A stretch of DNA of 64,000 nucleotides, from the NCBI GenBank assembly GCA_951406725.2, contig OX597816.1, positions 2,480,001 through 2,544,000 of the forward strand. Direction: 5' to 3'. Made by a program: the position numbers and the translations under genes. The DNA comes from Octopus vulgaris. Its lineage: Eukaryota. Below, piece after piece: positions 42,151-54,888 of this stretch (its first letter is position 1; every line of letters starts with the position of its first letter). The notes beneath the pieces are model-generated. The model worked only from the letters and a program-made list of their open reading frames with translations. It had not been told where the DNA came from and did not search any database.

Positions 42151-42402
42151 CTGTTCAGGATGAGAATCAAGCATGCTGGCACAAAAATCAGGTAAGATCT
42201 GAGGATGATCAGAGAGAATCGAATCAACTGCATCGCAAACATCAATGCTGGCTTTACAGAGAAGATCCAAGGAAAGTTGCCATGGAAACGTAATGATGGC
42301 CGACTGTTGAGGAGTACCGTCGTTTGAAGTCTCACTTGATTGGATGGCAATCTCAACAGTTTGAAATAAAATCTCTTTCGCACACGGAGAACAGAGAAGA
42401 GA
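42151..42402 (-). CDS. HPS3: HPS3-like exon
   Basis: tcttttcag|TCT...CAG|gtaagt. Encodes SLLCSPCAKEILF...SLDLLCKASIDVCDAVDSILSDHPQILPDFCASMLDSHPEQ. Joins the previous exon to give DLLKLQ-SLLCSP, resembling the HPS3 C-terminal KLQSL.CGP motif as I recall it. Confidence 0.85.
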
Positions 42403-42494
42403 CTGAAAAGAAATGCAAAGTAAATAGTTATAACCCTGGGCCAACCAAAGCCCTGTAAGTGGATTTGCTAGATGGAAGAATGTAAGAAGCATAC

Positions 42495-42790
42495 CAGAAA
42501 GATCCTAAGAACAACTTATAAAGTAAGGCCCCTGCATGCAATCGTAAGTGAACGACGAATGAGAATGGCAGGACACATACTAAGAGTGCGAGAGGAGAGG
42601 CTTGCCAAAACAGGCATGGGCTTAGATGCTGCTGGAAGATAAAAGAAAAAGGGGCCGGTTGAGGAAGACATGGAGTTGGTACCTACAGAGAAGACCTATG
42701 CAGACTGAACATTATGTGGGAAGAAGCATACCGGTTGGCCAGAGACAGATAATTGGTATTCAATGACAACCTGATGTGCTACTCAGAGGG
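42495..42790 (+). mobile_element. Old RTE-like LINE ORF 3' fragment
   Basis: Degenerate IVSERRMRMAGHILRVREERLAK...KRKRGRLRKTW motif typical of RTE C-termini. Confidence 0.55.
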
Positions 42791-42832
42791 ACCAACAGAC
42801 CAAAAGAAGATATATATATATCGATCAAAAAT

Positions 42833-43110
42833 CAATGGAAATTGTAGTTGTGATACCAGTGCCAGTGGCACATAAAAGCACCAACCGATTGTGGCCATTT
42901 GCCAGCCACATCTGGCCCCTGTGCCGGTGGCACGTAAAAAGCACCCACTACACTCATGGAGTGGTTGGTGTTAGGAAGGGCATCCAGCTGTAGAAACACT
43001 GCCAGATCAAGATTGGAGCCTGGTGCAGCCTCCTGGCTTCCCAGACCCCGGTTGAACCGTCCAACCCATGCTAGCATGGAAAACGGACGTTAAACGATGA
43101 TGATGATGAT
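42833..43110 (+). mobile_element. RTE 3'-UTR-derived short element with (GAT)n tail
   Basis: Reverse complement of the 812-1150 segment. Related copies at about 47690-48020 (-), 55310-55562 (-), 59080-59315 (+), 60780-60885 (+), 40110-40255 (+), 6880-7080 (+). Confidence 0.75.
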
Positions 43111-43227
43111 ATATATATTATTAAGTAAGAAAATGGAGAGATTTAATGGAGAAAATTAATTTATCAATTAACATTGCCTACGATTGTTTCTATTCAAACT
43201 CAATACAAATTAGAAAACATATACAAC

Positions 43228-43623
43228 AAGAACACTCAGAGAGCGCAAACCTCCTCCAAAGCAACACTAACGTCCTCTCAATGATTAGCCAGAGATGATT
43301 TTTAAAATGAGAATATCTGAAATAAACTCGACTGCTCTCACAAACGAGAATATCTGAAATAAACTCGACTGCTCTCACAAACGAGAATATTAAGAATGAA
43401 TCCAACCGCTCTCAAAAATAAATTTAAAAAAAACAGAAAAATAATCCAGAATCCTTCTCCGGTACTGAATCAATCCCAAAATCTAATCAGTTTGTGTCAG
43501 TCCCGAGGCAAAACATCTCAATGTTTCATCTGAATCCATCCAGTGGTTCTTGAGATATCTTGTCCATGGACAAACAAACACAACTGGAAACTATACCTCC
43601 GCCTTCGCTAAGGCAGAGGTAAT
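43228..43623 (-). mobile_element. Helentron-associated non-autonomous element (HINE/DINE-1-like)
   Basis: End hairpin ACCTCCGCCTT-CGCT-AAGGCAGAGGT, subterminal repeat ACCTCC(T)CCAA near the other end, short terminal stem CACTC-AGA-GAGCG, internal about 37-bp tandem duplication. Second copy at 51635-51979. Confidence 0.65.
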
Positions 43624-43839
43624 AATAATAATAAGTAAGCATTTTGAAGATTTTGAGTGAAATATGATGAGGGTGGAAGGACATTAACGAAGTCACATGT
43701 TGATTGGTTGAGACATTGTTAATAATATAGGATATTTATAATATATTTGCTGAAGAGATATCTCTTCAAAGTATAATGTATATTAAACCAGTGTAACTTG
43801 GATGGGACCATCCCTATAAGAGGTGTATGTCCTCAAATT

Positions 43840-43874
<35 letters not shown>

Positions 43875-45067
43875 TATATAAAGAAGGGTAAACAGTAAAA
43901 AAGTAAATTGTTTAGGATAGTTTTCTCTTTAAACAGAGCAGGACATTTAAAGTTAGAAACTTACATGAGTTGACATAATAAATATTTTAGAAATAGATGT
44001 TAAATACTGTTGCCAACTGATGATTGCAAAGCATGGTTTCTCATGCACAGCATGAAATCAATTGACATTGGGGTGGGTATTCACTGCCGTCCTATCCCAT
44101 CCTGAAGGTAGGCCTATTTTTTAAGATATTCATTGCGTTGTTGCTCGTGTGTGTATTTATCGTAGGATTGGTGGTTTTTGAAGCTTTCATCTTTGGCAAG
44201 CAGTATTTTCACCCTTCTTTTATTCACACACACACACGCACACATATATATAATTACTTAATAGACACAATACATGTCTTTTAGTGCTACTAATAGCTTC
44301 ATATGTTGAGAAATATCTCAAACATGTTCATCAAGCACAAACCACATATCAGATGGAGTCCTTTTTTTGTTGATCTTAGTATCATGGGACAGTACATTAT
44401 ATATATATATATGTAGATGTATATATATAATATATACACAGTGCAAAAGTATAACACAAAGACAAGTTAAAAAAGAACAAACATGTGTATTAGGTTAATA
44501 CTTAGTAAATGAGTAAAAAACGAAAGGAAATGTTTTTTTTTTATATTTCAAGTATCCACTCTTCTGAATGATAGGAAAAACGTGTGTGTGTGTGTGTGTG
44601 TGTAGCTTTGCAATAGATGAGGATTTGAAACTATCATCACTGTCAAATAAGCAATAAAGTTTGTTTGCAGTCTTCTGTGAAAAACATGTCAGGCCATGGA
44701 GAAATATTCCCTTGGGTAGAAAGAGGAAAGAGTTGAGGACGGGAAGAGGATCCGGCCATAGAAGATCTGCCAAAACAAATTCTGTCCGACTCATGCCAGC
44801 ATGGAAAAGTGGACATCAAAATAGTGATGCAGGTGATTTACTAAGATGTAATTGTTTTAATCAATCAATATTAGTTGAGTTGTTGCAATCAGGGAAAAAA
44901 GAACCCAATTCACTCATTTTTTTTGCTTTGTTTCTGGTAAATAATTTTGCTTTCTAAGAACCTACCAAATTGATCAATTTAGCATTAAAATGGTAATTTG
45001 CTTTCCAGAATTTATAGGAAATGTTGATGTAAATCTGTTGAACAGAATAATAAAGAAACTAACTTAC

Positions 45068-45244
45068 CTGAAGTTTTAATAAGTCTTCATTACAAAAGTA
45101 GCAAGGACAAATGAAAGGCTGAACAGGGGTCGCAGAAGGTGAACGGAAGTAATGACAGGCAGTCCTGTAAGATTTGATCCCTTGAAATGGTGGAAGAAGA
45201 TCTAACCAAGGATAGCGACAAGCAAAATGACCAACCTCCTGAAT
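45068..45244 (-). CDS. HPS3: HPS3-like exon
   Basis: ttttctctcag|ATT...CAG|gtaagt. Encodes IQEVGHFACRYPWLDLLPPFQG...CPCYFCNEDLLKLQ. Confidence 0.83.
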
Positions 45245-46161
45245 CTGAGAGAAAAAAAGAAACAGAAATCTTGAAATTACATTTGTGAAAGAAATATCTC
45301 AACGTCTCATTTTAGTCCTATCAAAGTGAACAGAGACGGAACGAAACTGCGAACCAATGTTTTGGGGTTTGTAGTTTAGTCCTACCTGAATGAAGAACAA
45401 CCAGAAGTAGTTTGTGTGTTTGCTGAGGAAACTTCTTTACCAAAGATCTATTCCAACGTTGCTGAGGTTGGTCAACATCAGCCAACAATTCGCTGGTTCA
45501 AATCATTCATATACACCCAAAAGGATGCATAGCCCAATTAAAATTAGACATCACCAAAGCTTTTTTGGATATATAACGAAGCACATAATCTATTGTTTTA
45601 TATAGTTTTATTGGAACATATTGTAATTAAGAATAAAGTCTATAGTTTGGGGTCATCTATTTTAAAACCACTTTCTCTTCTATCTGCTTCATTATTAAAC
45701 AGGAGATGAAAGTGACCCCTGCAAGTGAAAGACTGTAACATTCGACATTATCTTAAAGCTCAATCACATAATTAATCAACAATTATATTTTGTAGCAATC
45801 ATAAATAAAAACGAGCTATGAAGACTATTCTTGTTTCAAGACTTAGCTAACGAAGACTAAGTAATCAGGAATCAGACAGTTGCCATTTTAAACTTTCCTC
45901 AGCTGCTCTGTTGAAGTGAAAGATCTTAAAAGAAAAACAGACATTCTGTTATTTATAAAATCTCACAAAAGTTTGATTTTGCAGCACATTTGACAAAAAA
46001 AAAACAAATTGTATATAATTTAATTTCTTTTAATTGTGATTCATTTTTTATAATTGTCAAACTCAAAATCCTAACTTTGTGAAATTAGAAAAAACAATTT
46101 CTCTTTTAAAAGCAATATCTCTGTTTACATATATCTGTATAGGATTTTATTGTTTACATAC

Positions 46162-46254
46162 CAAAGGTTGGCTGGAGGGACTTCCAGTTATGGACTGTTT
46201 TATTGGTGGCCTCCACTGAAGAAGCCTCTGCAGATAAATATTTACAAGTTGGTA
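46162..46254 (-). CDS. HPS3: HPS3-like exon
   Basis: tttattttag|TAC...TTG|gtatgt. Encodes YQLVNIYLQRLLQWRPPIKQSITGSPSSQPL. Confidence 0.8.
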
Positions 46255-46697
46255 CTAAAATAAAAATTAAAAGAATTAAATTAAATATTTTCTTTTCACT
46301 CACGATAAAAAGAAAAAAAAAAGGGTTAAATATTTTGTTATGAACCAGAATATCTCAATTATATTTGGTTGTCAACCAAAATACTGTTTGGATAATTTCA
46401 CCATTATAAACAAGATATCTGCTTTAAAATTTCAGCCGAAGGGGCCACACAAATCCAGTACCCAGCCCTTGTTGGGGATTAGATGTGAGCCTAATTAACT
46501 TTATTCTATGGGGGGAAAATTTTATTAGTTTAAATTAATTTTTATAAGCACAATGATAAGCTGTCCGGCCCTTAAATTCAAATCAACCGATTCCATCTCT
46601 TACAGGGCAATCGCAACAAACAAACAAAAAAAAAAGAAATAAAGCAGCAACATTGAAGAAATTCTTTAGTAATTCTCAGGTTGTGGCATTGAATTAG

Positions 46698-47103
46698 GTT
46701 TACTCTTTTACTTGTTTCAGTCATTTGACTGCAGCCATGCTGGAGCACCGCCTTTAGTTGAGCAACTCGACCCCAGGACTTATTCTTTGTAAGCCCAGTA
46801 CTTATTCTATCGGTCTCTTTTTGCCAAACCGCTAAGTGACGGGGACATAAACACACCAGCATCGGTTGTCAAGCAATGCTAGGGGGACAGACACAGACAC
46901 ACAAACATACATGCACACACATATATATATACATATATACGACAGGCTTCTTTCAGTTTCCGTCTACCAAATCCACTCACAAGGCATTGGTCGGCCCGGG
47001 GCTATAGCAGAAGACACTTGCCCAAGTTGCCACGCAGTGGGACTAAACCCAGAACCATGTGGTTGGTAGGCAAGCTACTTACCACACAGCCACTCCTGCA
47101 CCT
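46698..47103 (-). mobile_element. tRNA-derived SINE family A
   Basis: Near-identical to 60003-60402. Confidence 0.88.
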
Positions 47104-47421
47104 GGTTTGTGGCAGAATTAACAAAATCACGTCCTCCCTCCCCCTCTCCACAAACCATTGTTTTTGCTTTTTTTTTTCTTACATTTTTTTTTTTCATGCT
47201 GACCCAACTTAGATGGCGCTAGTTATATCAACACCAACAGAGAAAGAGAAACACAAGTTAGAGGAAGGGTTTTATAAAAGTGGTTTTGTGAAAAACCTGC
47301 CATTCCATCTCTTAAAACATTTTAATTCAAGAACATTCTAGTTTCTTCCATTGGGAAAAGTCCATGGTTCTCTTATTTGTGGTGGATGGAAAAGGACGAA
47401 GAAAGGAAAGTCTGGACTTAC

Positions 47422-47456
47422 TGAGATTTCTGGGAAAATATCCATTCTCTTCTTAT
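47422..47456 (-). CDS. HPS3: HPS3-like 35-nt small exon
   Basis: ttttttccag|AT...TCA|gtaagt. Encodes (D)KKRMDIFPEIS. Needed to convert phase 1 to phase 0 between its neighbours. Confidence 0.75.
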
Positions 47457-48739
47457 CTGGAAAAAATAACAACAATAATATTAACGGTTTCCAATTTTGG
47501 CACAAGGCCAGCAAATTTGGGGGATTCGTAAGTTGATTACATCAGCCCCAGTGTTTCACTGGTACCTATTTTATCAACCCCCTAAAAGATGAAAGGCAAA
47601 ATTTGAACTCAGAATGTAAATACAGGTAAAATGCCACAAAGCATTTTGCCCAGCCATACTAACGATTCTGCCAGCTTTGATGTCTGACTAATCATCATCA
47701 TCATCATCATTTAATGTGTCTGCTTTGCATGCTGGCATGGGTTGGCTGAAAACTGGTGAGCTACACTAGGTCCCAATCTGGTTTGGCAGGGTTTCTACAG
47801 CTCAATGCCCTTTCTAAAGCCAAACACTTTACAGAGTGTAGTGGGTGCCTTCTACATGCCACTGGCACAAGTGACATTGACGTGACACTGGCATCGGCCA
47901 CACGCTCAAACAGTGCTTTTTATGTGCCACCAGCACGGGTGCCAGTCAACCAGAACTGGCATCGGGTACGGCTACGATTTCACTTGGTTTGACAGGTCTT
48001 CTCAACCACAGTATTGCTTGAGAAGTGATTTTTATGCCTGAGGGGTGATTTAATAACAACAATAACAATAATGATAACAATAATAATAATAATATTAATA
48101 ATAATAATAATAATAATAATAAATACATATTTTATCTGTGAATTTGCGTGTGTAATCTGGGAATGCATACAATGAGCTTCTCTGCCCTAGGTGTATGGAA
48201 AACACTCGGGGACAAATGGAAGAAAATTTGAAGAAAGAAGGAAAAAACATAATAATAATAATGATAATAATGGTTCCAAATTTTGCCACAAGGGCAGCAA
48301 TTTGGGGGGAAGGGATGTGTTGATTATATCCACCCCAGTACACAACTGGTACTTATTTTATTGAGCCTGAAAGGATGAAAGGTTAAGCTGACCTCAGCAG
48401 AATTTGAACTCAGAACATAAAAATGGATGAAATGCTGCTGAGCATCTCAAGGATTCTGCCAGATTGCTGCCTTAATCATTTTTAGCACAAGGGCAGGGGC
48501 CACTCAATTACATTGAATCCCCTACTTAACTACTACTTTTATTGACCCCCGCCAAAATAATAATAATAATAAATAAAATGAGGAGGAGAAGGAAAAGGAA
48601 GAAGAATCAATTTTTTTTTTCAAAGAGATATAAATGCTTAGAGTTATAAGATTGGTAAACAGATCCAACGGAAGCAACGGAGTGGCTGAGGGTCCAAGAG
48701 TTCCGTGCATTGAAGTCACTCTCTTACTTCTGCTAAATT

Positions 48740-49151
48740 CTTTTACTCTTTTACTTGTTTCAGTCATTTGACTGCGGCCATGCTGGAGCACCACCTTTAG
48801 TTGAGCAAATCGACCCCAGGACTTATTCTTTGTAAGTTTAGTACTTATTCTATCGGTCTATTTTGCCGAACCGTTAAGTTACGGGTACGTAAACACACCA
48901 GCATCGGTTGTCAAGCAATGTTGGGGGGACAAACATAGACACACAAACATACACACACACACATATATACATATATATACATACACACGACGGGCTTCTT
49001 TCAGTTTCTGTCTACCAAACCCACTCACAAGGCTTTAGTCGGCCCGAGGCTATAGTTGAAGACACTTGCCCAAGGTGCCACGCAGTGGGACTGAACCCGG
49101 AACCACATGGTTCGTAAGCGAGCTACTTACCACACAGCCACTCCTACGCCT
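48740..49151 (-). mobile_element. tRNA-derived SINE family A
   Basis: Near-identical to 60003-60402. Confidence 0.88.
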
Positions 49152-50505
49152 ATAATATTAATAAAAACATACATATGCTCATATTTTGAGTTCTATTTTT
49201 CCTGTTTGCATCACCAAATGATGATGATGATATATATAGATGTGTTTTTTTTTACTAACAGCATTAACACTGTGAGGGAAACCAAACAATCCCGTTTCCT
49301 GAAATCTCAAATCTTGTGACTACTTAAGAAATGAATTTGTTTTTATTTTCCTCTCATGCAATTCTTTTTTTTTTTCTTTTTTTTGATCTGTTTCGTAAAG
49401 AAATCTGTAATTTGATAATGCGCAACATCTTAGGGTTGTCCTTAGAAATATTGGTGAAGTGAAATGACTTTATTTGCCAGAAGCTCTATTCCTCTGCTCT
49501 GCTCTTGATGACGATCATCATCATCATCATCATCCTTTCTACTAGAAGTACAAGACCTGAAATTTGGTGCACAGCTTATTTTGTTGACCCCAAAAGGTTG
49601 ACAAAGCCACAGGTCAACCTGCCTCTCAGATTAAGGTGGCCTTGGTTTCCAGTCTGCAGTGGACTTGGCTCTGTTGGATTATCTTTCCTTGCTCTCCTCC
49701 AGCTGTACCCTCATTGTGAAGATACTTCATGCGAAAGCCAACCTTGATATGGCCCAGGTACTCGAGTCAGCCCTAGCTGATTGGACCACCGATGGGCTCA
49801 CTGTCTCCCAGAATATGGATGTCCAATGCAACCCACCCCCAAGCAGCTGGAGACATCACTAGACCAGCACCACCTTGCCTACCCCCATTCTACTTGGCTC
49901 CATCCTCATCTACTGGTACCCATCTAAATGATGAGTGAACCCATATCGGGGTGGTCCAACATCCTGGCCTCTGTGTGTGTGTGACCTGCACAAATGTTGC
50001 AGCAAAGCAGTAGAAACTGAATTCGGCCTGCATCTTTTATCCTACAGCTTTAGTGCAGGTCGATTCCCCTGCCATGCCACTCTGAATATAGCATAACCAG
50101 AAGAGACCCTGACATGGCTGGCTTCCTGTCTCAACACGAGCCAGCAGGTCTTGGCGATGGAGATGGTAAGTGCCCTGATGAGATGATAACCCTCTTCCCA
50201 TTTGAGGAAAGCAGATCTCTAGTCTGGGATCTGCAGCAACACATTACCCAGCTCCAACCTTGAAGCATCGGCTGCAAACCCTGGGGTCCAATTGCCAAAA
50301 GAAATGGGACAACTCTCACTCTCTTATATATATATATATTTATTCCAAGAAAGTTAGAGGTTGTGAATCCAACCAACTAAGGGATAATATCTATCCAATA
50401 CACTGCTGGTAGAATACCCAGTTATTAATGCACAAGTGTTTTTTATTGCATTGAAATTACATCATTACCAAGTGTATGTAAAGCATAATATGCTCTCTCT
50501 CTCTC

Positions 50506-50544
<39 letters not shown>

Positions 50545-51572
50545 CCCATGCTAGCATGGAAAACGGACGCTAAACGATGATGATGATGTTGATGATATAT
50601 ATATATATAAACGGATTTTCAGTTTCTGTCTACCAAATCCAGTCACATGGTTTTGGTCAACTCGGGGTTATAATCGAAGACACTTGTCCAAGGTGCCATG
50701 CAGTGGGAAGGAACTCAAAATCATGTGGCTGACACACATACACACACACACAAGACATTGGACAAAACAGTTTTAGGGATGGTCACAGTTAGACTGTCTC
50801 GTTGTTATAAGTCTACTCAACCATAACAGGAGTTAAACAACAACAACAATTACAGAACAGAAAATTCTAGAAAGGCAGAGCCCCAGGACTTCGATAAAAC
50901 ACCAAAAAAGGGGACAATTATGGTAAGTGGTGCACTCAACACAACTCCTAAGCCTCAAAACAACATCCCTGCTCACTAAAGTAGCACTTAATAGCCATGC
51001 TGCTACCACTACTATTGCTAATAATGCTTGCTACTAAAGGCATAATGCCTGAAGTCTTGGCAGGGAAGGGGGACAGTCGACCCCACCCAATGTTTCACTG
51101 GTAAAACTTAAATAAAATTTAGATGTTTTGATCAAAGATTGGTTGAGGGGCCATGGCTAGCTTAATGGCACAGCTTGATAGGATTATCTAAATCCTTTTT
51201 AAGTCAAGTTTCGTGGTATCATGGTCCATTCGAGTTCTTGCTGAGTGAGTTGTATCCTGGTATGGGTGGCTTATTTGGCATTCCCTGAAGAAATTTGTCC
51301 AGATTCCATTTAAAAAGTGAAGGAATCCTTTTTCTCTTTGATCTGTTTCGGGACAATGTTAAATAGGGCAGGGCCTGTTGAGGAAAAGAAATTGTGCTGC
51401 AGTGTACCTATATGTTGTGATCCTGAATTGGGCAGGGCACTTAATTTATTGAACACAAAAGAAAGAAAGGCAAAGTCGACTTTGGCAGAATTTGAACTCA
51501 GAATGTAAAGACAGATAAAATGCTGCTAAACATTTTGCCCAGAATGTTAACAAATTTGCCAGCTCACCACCC

Positions 51573-51617
<45 letters not shown>

Positions 51618-51634
51618 TGATGATAATAATAATA

Positions 51635-51979
51635 AAAGCACTCAGAGAGCACAAACCTCTGCCAAGGCAACACTATCGTTCTCTCACCGATTAGCTGGAG
51701 ATGATTTTTAAAATGAGAATATCTGAAATAAACTCAACTGCCCTCACAAAAGAGAATACTAAAAATGAACCCGATTGCTCTCAAAAATTAAATAATCCAG
51801 AATCTTTGTCCGGTACCAGATCAATCCCCAAATCTAATCAGTTTGTGCCAGTTACGAGGTCAGACATCCTGAAAGTTTCATCTGAATCAATCCAATGGTT
51901 CTCGAGATATCTTGTCCACGGACAAACAAACAAAGACAACTGAAAACAATACCTCCGCCTTCGCTAAGGCAGAGGTAAT
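51635..51979 (-). mobile_element. Helentron-associated non-autonomous element, second copy
   Basis: Colinear with 43228-43623. Flanked by (AAT)n and (AGT)n microsatellites. Confidence 0.65.
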
Positions 51980-51981
51980 AA

Positions 51982-52019
<38 letters not shown>

Positions 52020-53176
52020 AATATTGTGGATGAGGAAGTAGAAAAGATCTGTAAATAAGCTGATTTAAAACTTGAGACGTCAGGGATGAGGAGCTGCCCA
52101 GCAGCAAAAATAAAAAGTGCACCAGTTTTATCATCGTTGGAGAATGAGGTTCAATTCTCCAGTAAACCATCATACCACCTGAAATGGTTGGACATGGGAA
52201 TGCTGCGAAATGGCTTCCCTCTTTGGAACAACTCATATTCTTAGGAAGGAACTTTCTGCCAATGAAGGAAATTAACAACAACAAAAACCAGTATACTACA
52301 CTTATAGTGTATAGTGGTAGCAGCAGTGGTGGTGGTCGTGGCAGTGGTACTGGTGGTGGTGGTGATGTAACTCAGAGCAAAAGTAAAATTACTGACAGCG
52401 AATACAGTTCTTCTCTTCCCAAAGTGTATCTTCTTACAGGTATAAACCAACTATTTCAGCAAGTAGCAACTGATAGGATGAATGTCAAGGTAATTAATAC
52501 TAATTAAGTACAAAGGTAGACATATTTTCACCTGTTATTTTCAATATCTAGGTGCTAATTATCTAAGAACAAAAGTTATGCTCAGGTAGTTATCTTAGAC
52601 GATGAAAAAGAGGTTAATGTGTCTTACAAGTAGTAAATAATTGAAGGTGCGGCAGAAAAACCTCCCTTGTTTTAGATGTTCGTTAATGTAATTCTAATGA
52701 AGTTAGGGAAAGCAGAATGGTGTTTTCGAGAAGCTAATGTTTTACCGTTTCTTTCTGTTGCCATCATGGCTTGAACCAGTGTACACTGTGTGTTTAGTGC
52801 TGAAATGTTTATAAAGAATAGAGAATCAGAGAGGGTTTTATGCCAAAGCTTGTATTTACCAGTCTTGCAAAATGGTGACACCATTCCTTAATCAACGTTT
52901 TCTAAGCCAATCATGTCTGACATATTTAAATGGGTTACGATATTTGTCAATCTAAGAAAATATTCTTTTAAATAAACATGTGAACAGCCCAACCTCATAG
53001 GTTCAGGTTCAGCCTCACCATGAAGCCCTTCGGGAAGATCTCTTCTACTATAGCTCCAGGTTGGCCACAGCTTTATGAGTGAATTTAGTAGGTGGAAAAT
53101 GAAAGAACCTGTCTGTCTGTCTACCTATACCAACATAAAAAAGCACCTCCATCTCTTCAATTCATAAACAATACAG

Positions 53177-53218
<42 letters not shown>

Positions 53219-53583
53219 CATTGTCTTGAGATTAAGTGCTGGTTGTAAACAAGTGTCCCCATTATTTGCAAGATTCCAAGAAACAGGTCTGGTCATTTGT
53301 ATTTGTGATCAAAGAACCTGAAGAAACAGGTAAAGCTTGGTGACAGCAAGAGCATCCAGTCACAGAAAACCTGCCTCCACAAATGTCATCTGATCCATGC
53401 AGGCATGGGAAAGTGGACATCAAATCAATAATGATGATGATGATGTGTTCCTATTTTTGTGAATGACCATCTCTTTACCTCTGACCACCCACCCATCCCA
53501 CCCCAATCATACAAAATAATCATAAAAACTTGGTGATTGTGGGTTTTCTTTTCAGCAAATTAAAGATCAAATTTTAGGCTTAC

Positions 53584-53644
53584 CTTTAAGTAACATTTCC
53601 AGAAACATTTTTATGTGTGTGTTTTGGTGTATTTCATAATCGCC
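53584..53644 (-). CDS. HPS3: HPS3-like exon
   Basis: tttttttcag|GGC...AAAG|gtaagc. Encodes GDYEIHQNTHIKMFLEMLLK plus G. Confidence 0.8.
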
Positions 53645-54789
53645 CTGAAAAAAACAGAGAAAACAAAGAGGGGGAAAAAGTTTTAAGAGAAATCAAACTT
53701 AATTCAGCAGCTTTTTACAATAAAGGAAGAGCAAGTTGTATTTTGGTTGAGGCTTAAGACTGTTTACCTCAGTTGAAGTGATTAGGTGTCACAAGGTGTT
53801 AGGTGATGTTAGTAAGTGTCACTAGGTATCACTAGGTGCCAGGTGGGTTTGGCAAATACCTGACAGGATTCATTAGATCAACAATTTAACAAACACTATT
53901 GTCAAGTCTGACCCCCAGGCAATCATGTTTAGAGAGTTCCCCATTTTAAATCTTTTCCACTGAAGGTAAAAGATGCATTGAGGTGTCAGAGTAAAATCGA
54001 ATGCCTGTCAGAGAATCTGGCGATACTGAATTTAGCTGTGAGGGTCGGAGGCTGGTTGAGGATATTCAAGGGATACAGAGTGCAGCAGAAACACCCCCTC
54101 CATTTTACACAGACATTGATGCAACTCTATTGAAGTTAGGCAGATGTTAATGGTGTCTTCGTGTAGCTGACATTTTACTGACTTCTTCTTGGTTGCTTTC
54201 ATAGTTTGAACCCCTGTGGTGTTGTTGATGAAATGTATATCAAGAATGTTGAATCTGAGAGGGTTTGTTGCACCCTGTATAACAGACAAACTGAAATAGT
54301 GAATACAGATGATCTGTCTTGGTTCGAGAGAAGCGAAGAATGCTTGGTCTCTGCTGGGACACAACATTTGACTTGGAGAAATAATGTTGAGGACAAGAAA
54401 TAAGAACAACATTGGTTGGTATGAAGCACCGTTAACCATAGTGATGGGAATGCACGAGGTGATGAGGTGAAATGGGTGGGAAGTGACAAGTTTCAAAAAT
54501 ACCAAAGCAAGTCAGTGATAACAGGTACCTGCAGCAGGTGTATACCAAGGAAGACTTGATTAAAATTAAATAACATTTGGGAAAATAAGATTTTAAAGAC
54601 GAAATGTCAAACAATCAAAACAAATGAAAAGTTGTTGCCTCAAAGGATCCGACCAAATCACGGAAAGAAAGAAATATTGAGGATGGATCTAAGAGTCATC
54701 GTAATTATAATCATCGTTATATAACAATGCTGAACATATAAACTATACATACAGCTACAATTACAAGGAAACAATGTATATATACTCAC

Positions 54790-54888
54790 TTGAAGAAGTT
54801 GTAAGCAAGCAGTGTATGGTAAGTTACCTTGGTCATGGAAACAGACCAAAATCTCTAACAAAATGTCTGCACAACTCTTTCTCAGCAG
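54790..54888 (-). CDS. HPS3: HPS3-like exon
   Basis: tcttttgtag|CTG...CAA|gtgagt. Encodes LLRKSCADILLEILVCFHDQGNLPYTACLQLLQ. Confidence 0.8.

Noticed and set aside
49600-50310. GC-richer block with short ORFs
   Set aside because: No recognisable domain or splice chain. Probably an old TE fragment, left unassigned.
54240-54470. Possible second Penelope GIY-YIG remnant on the minus strand
   Set aside because: Similarity too degenerate to support by eye.
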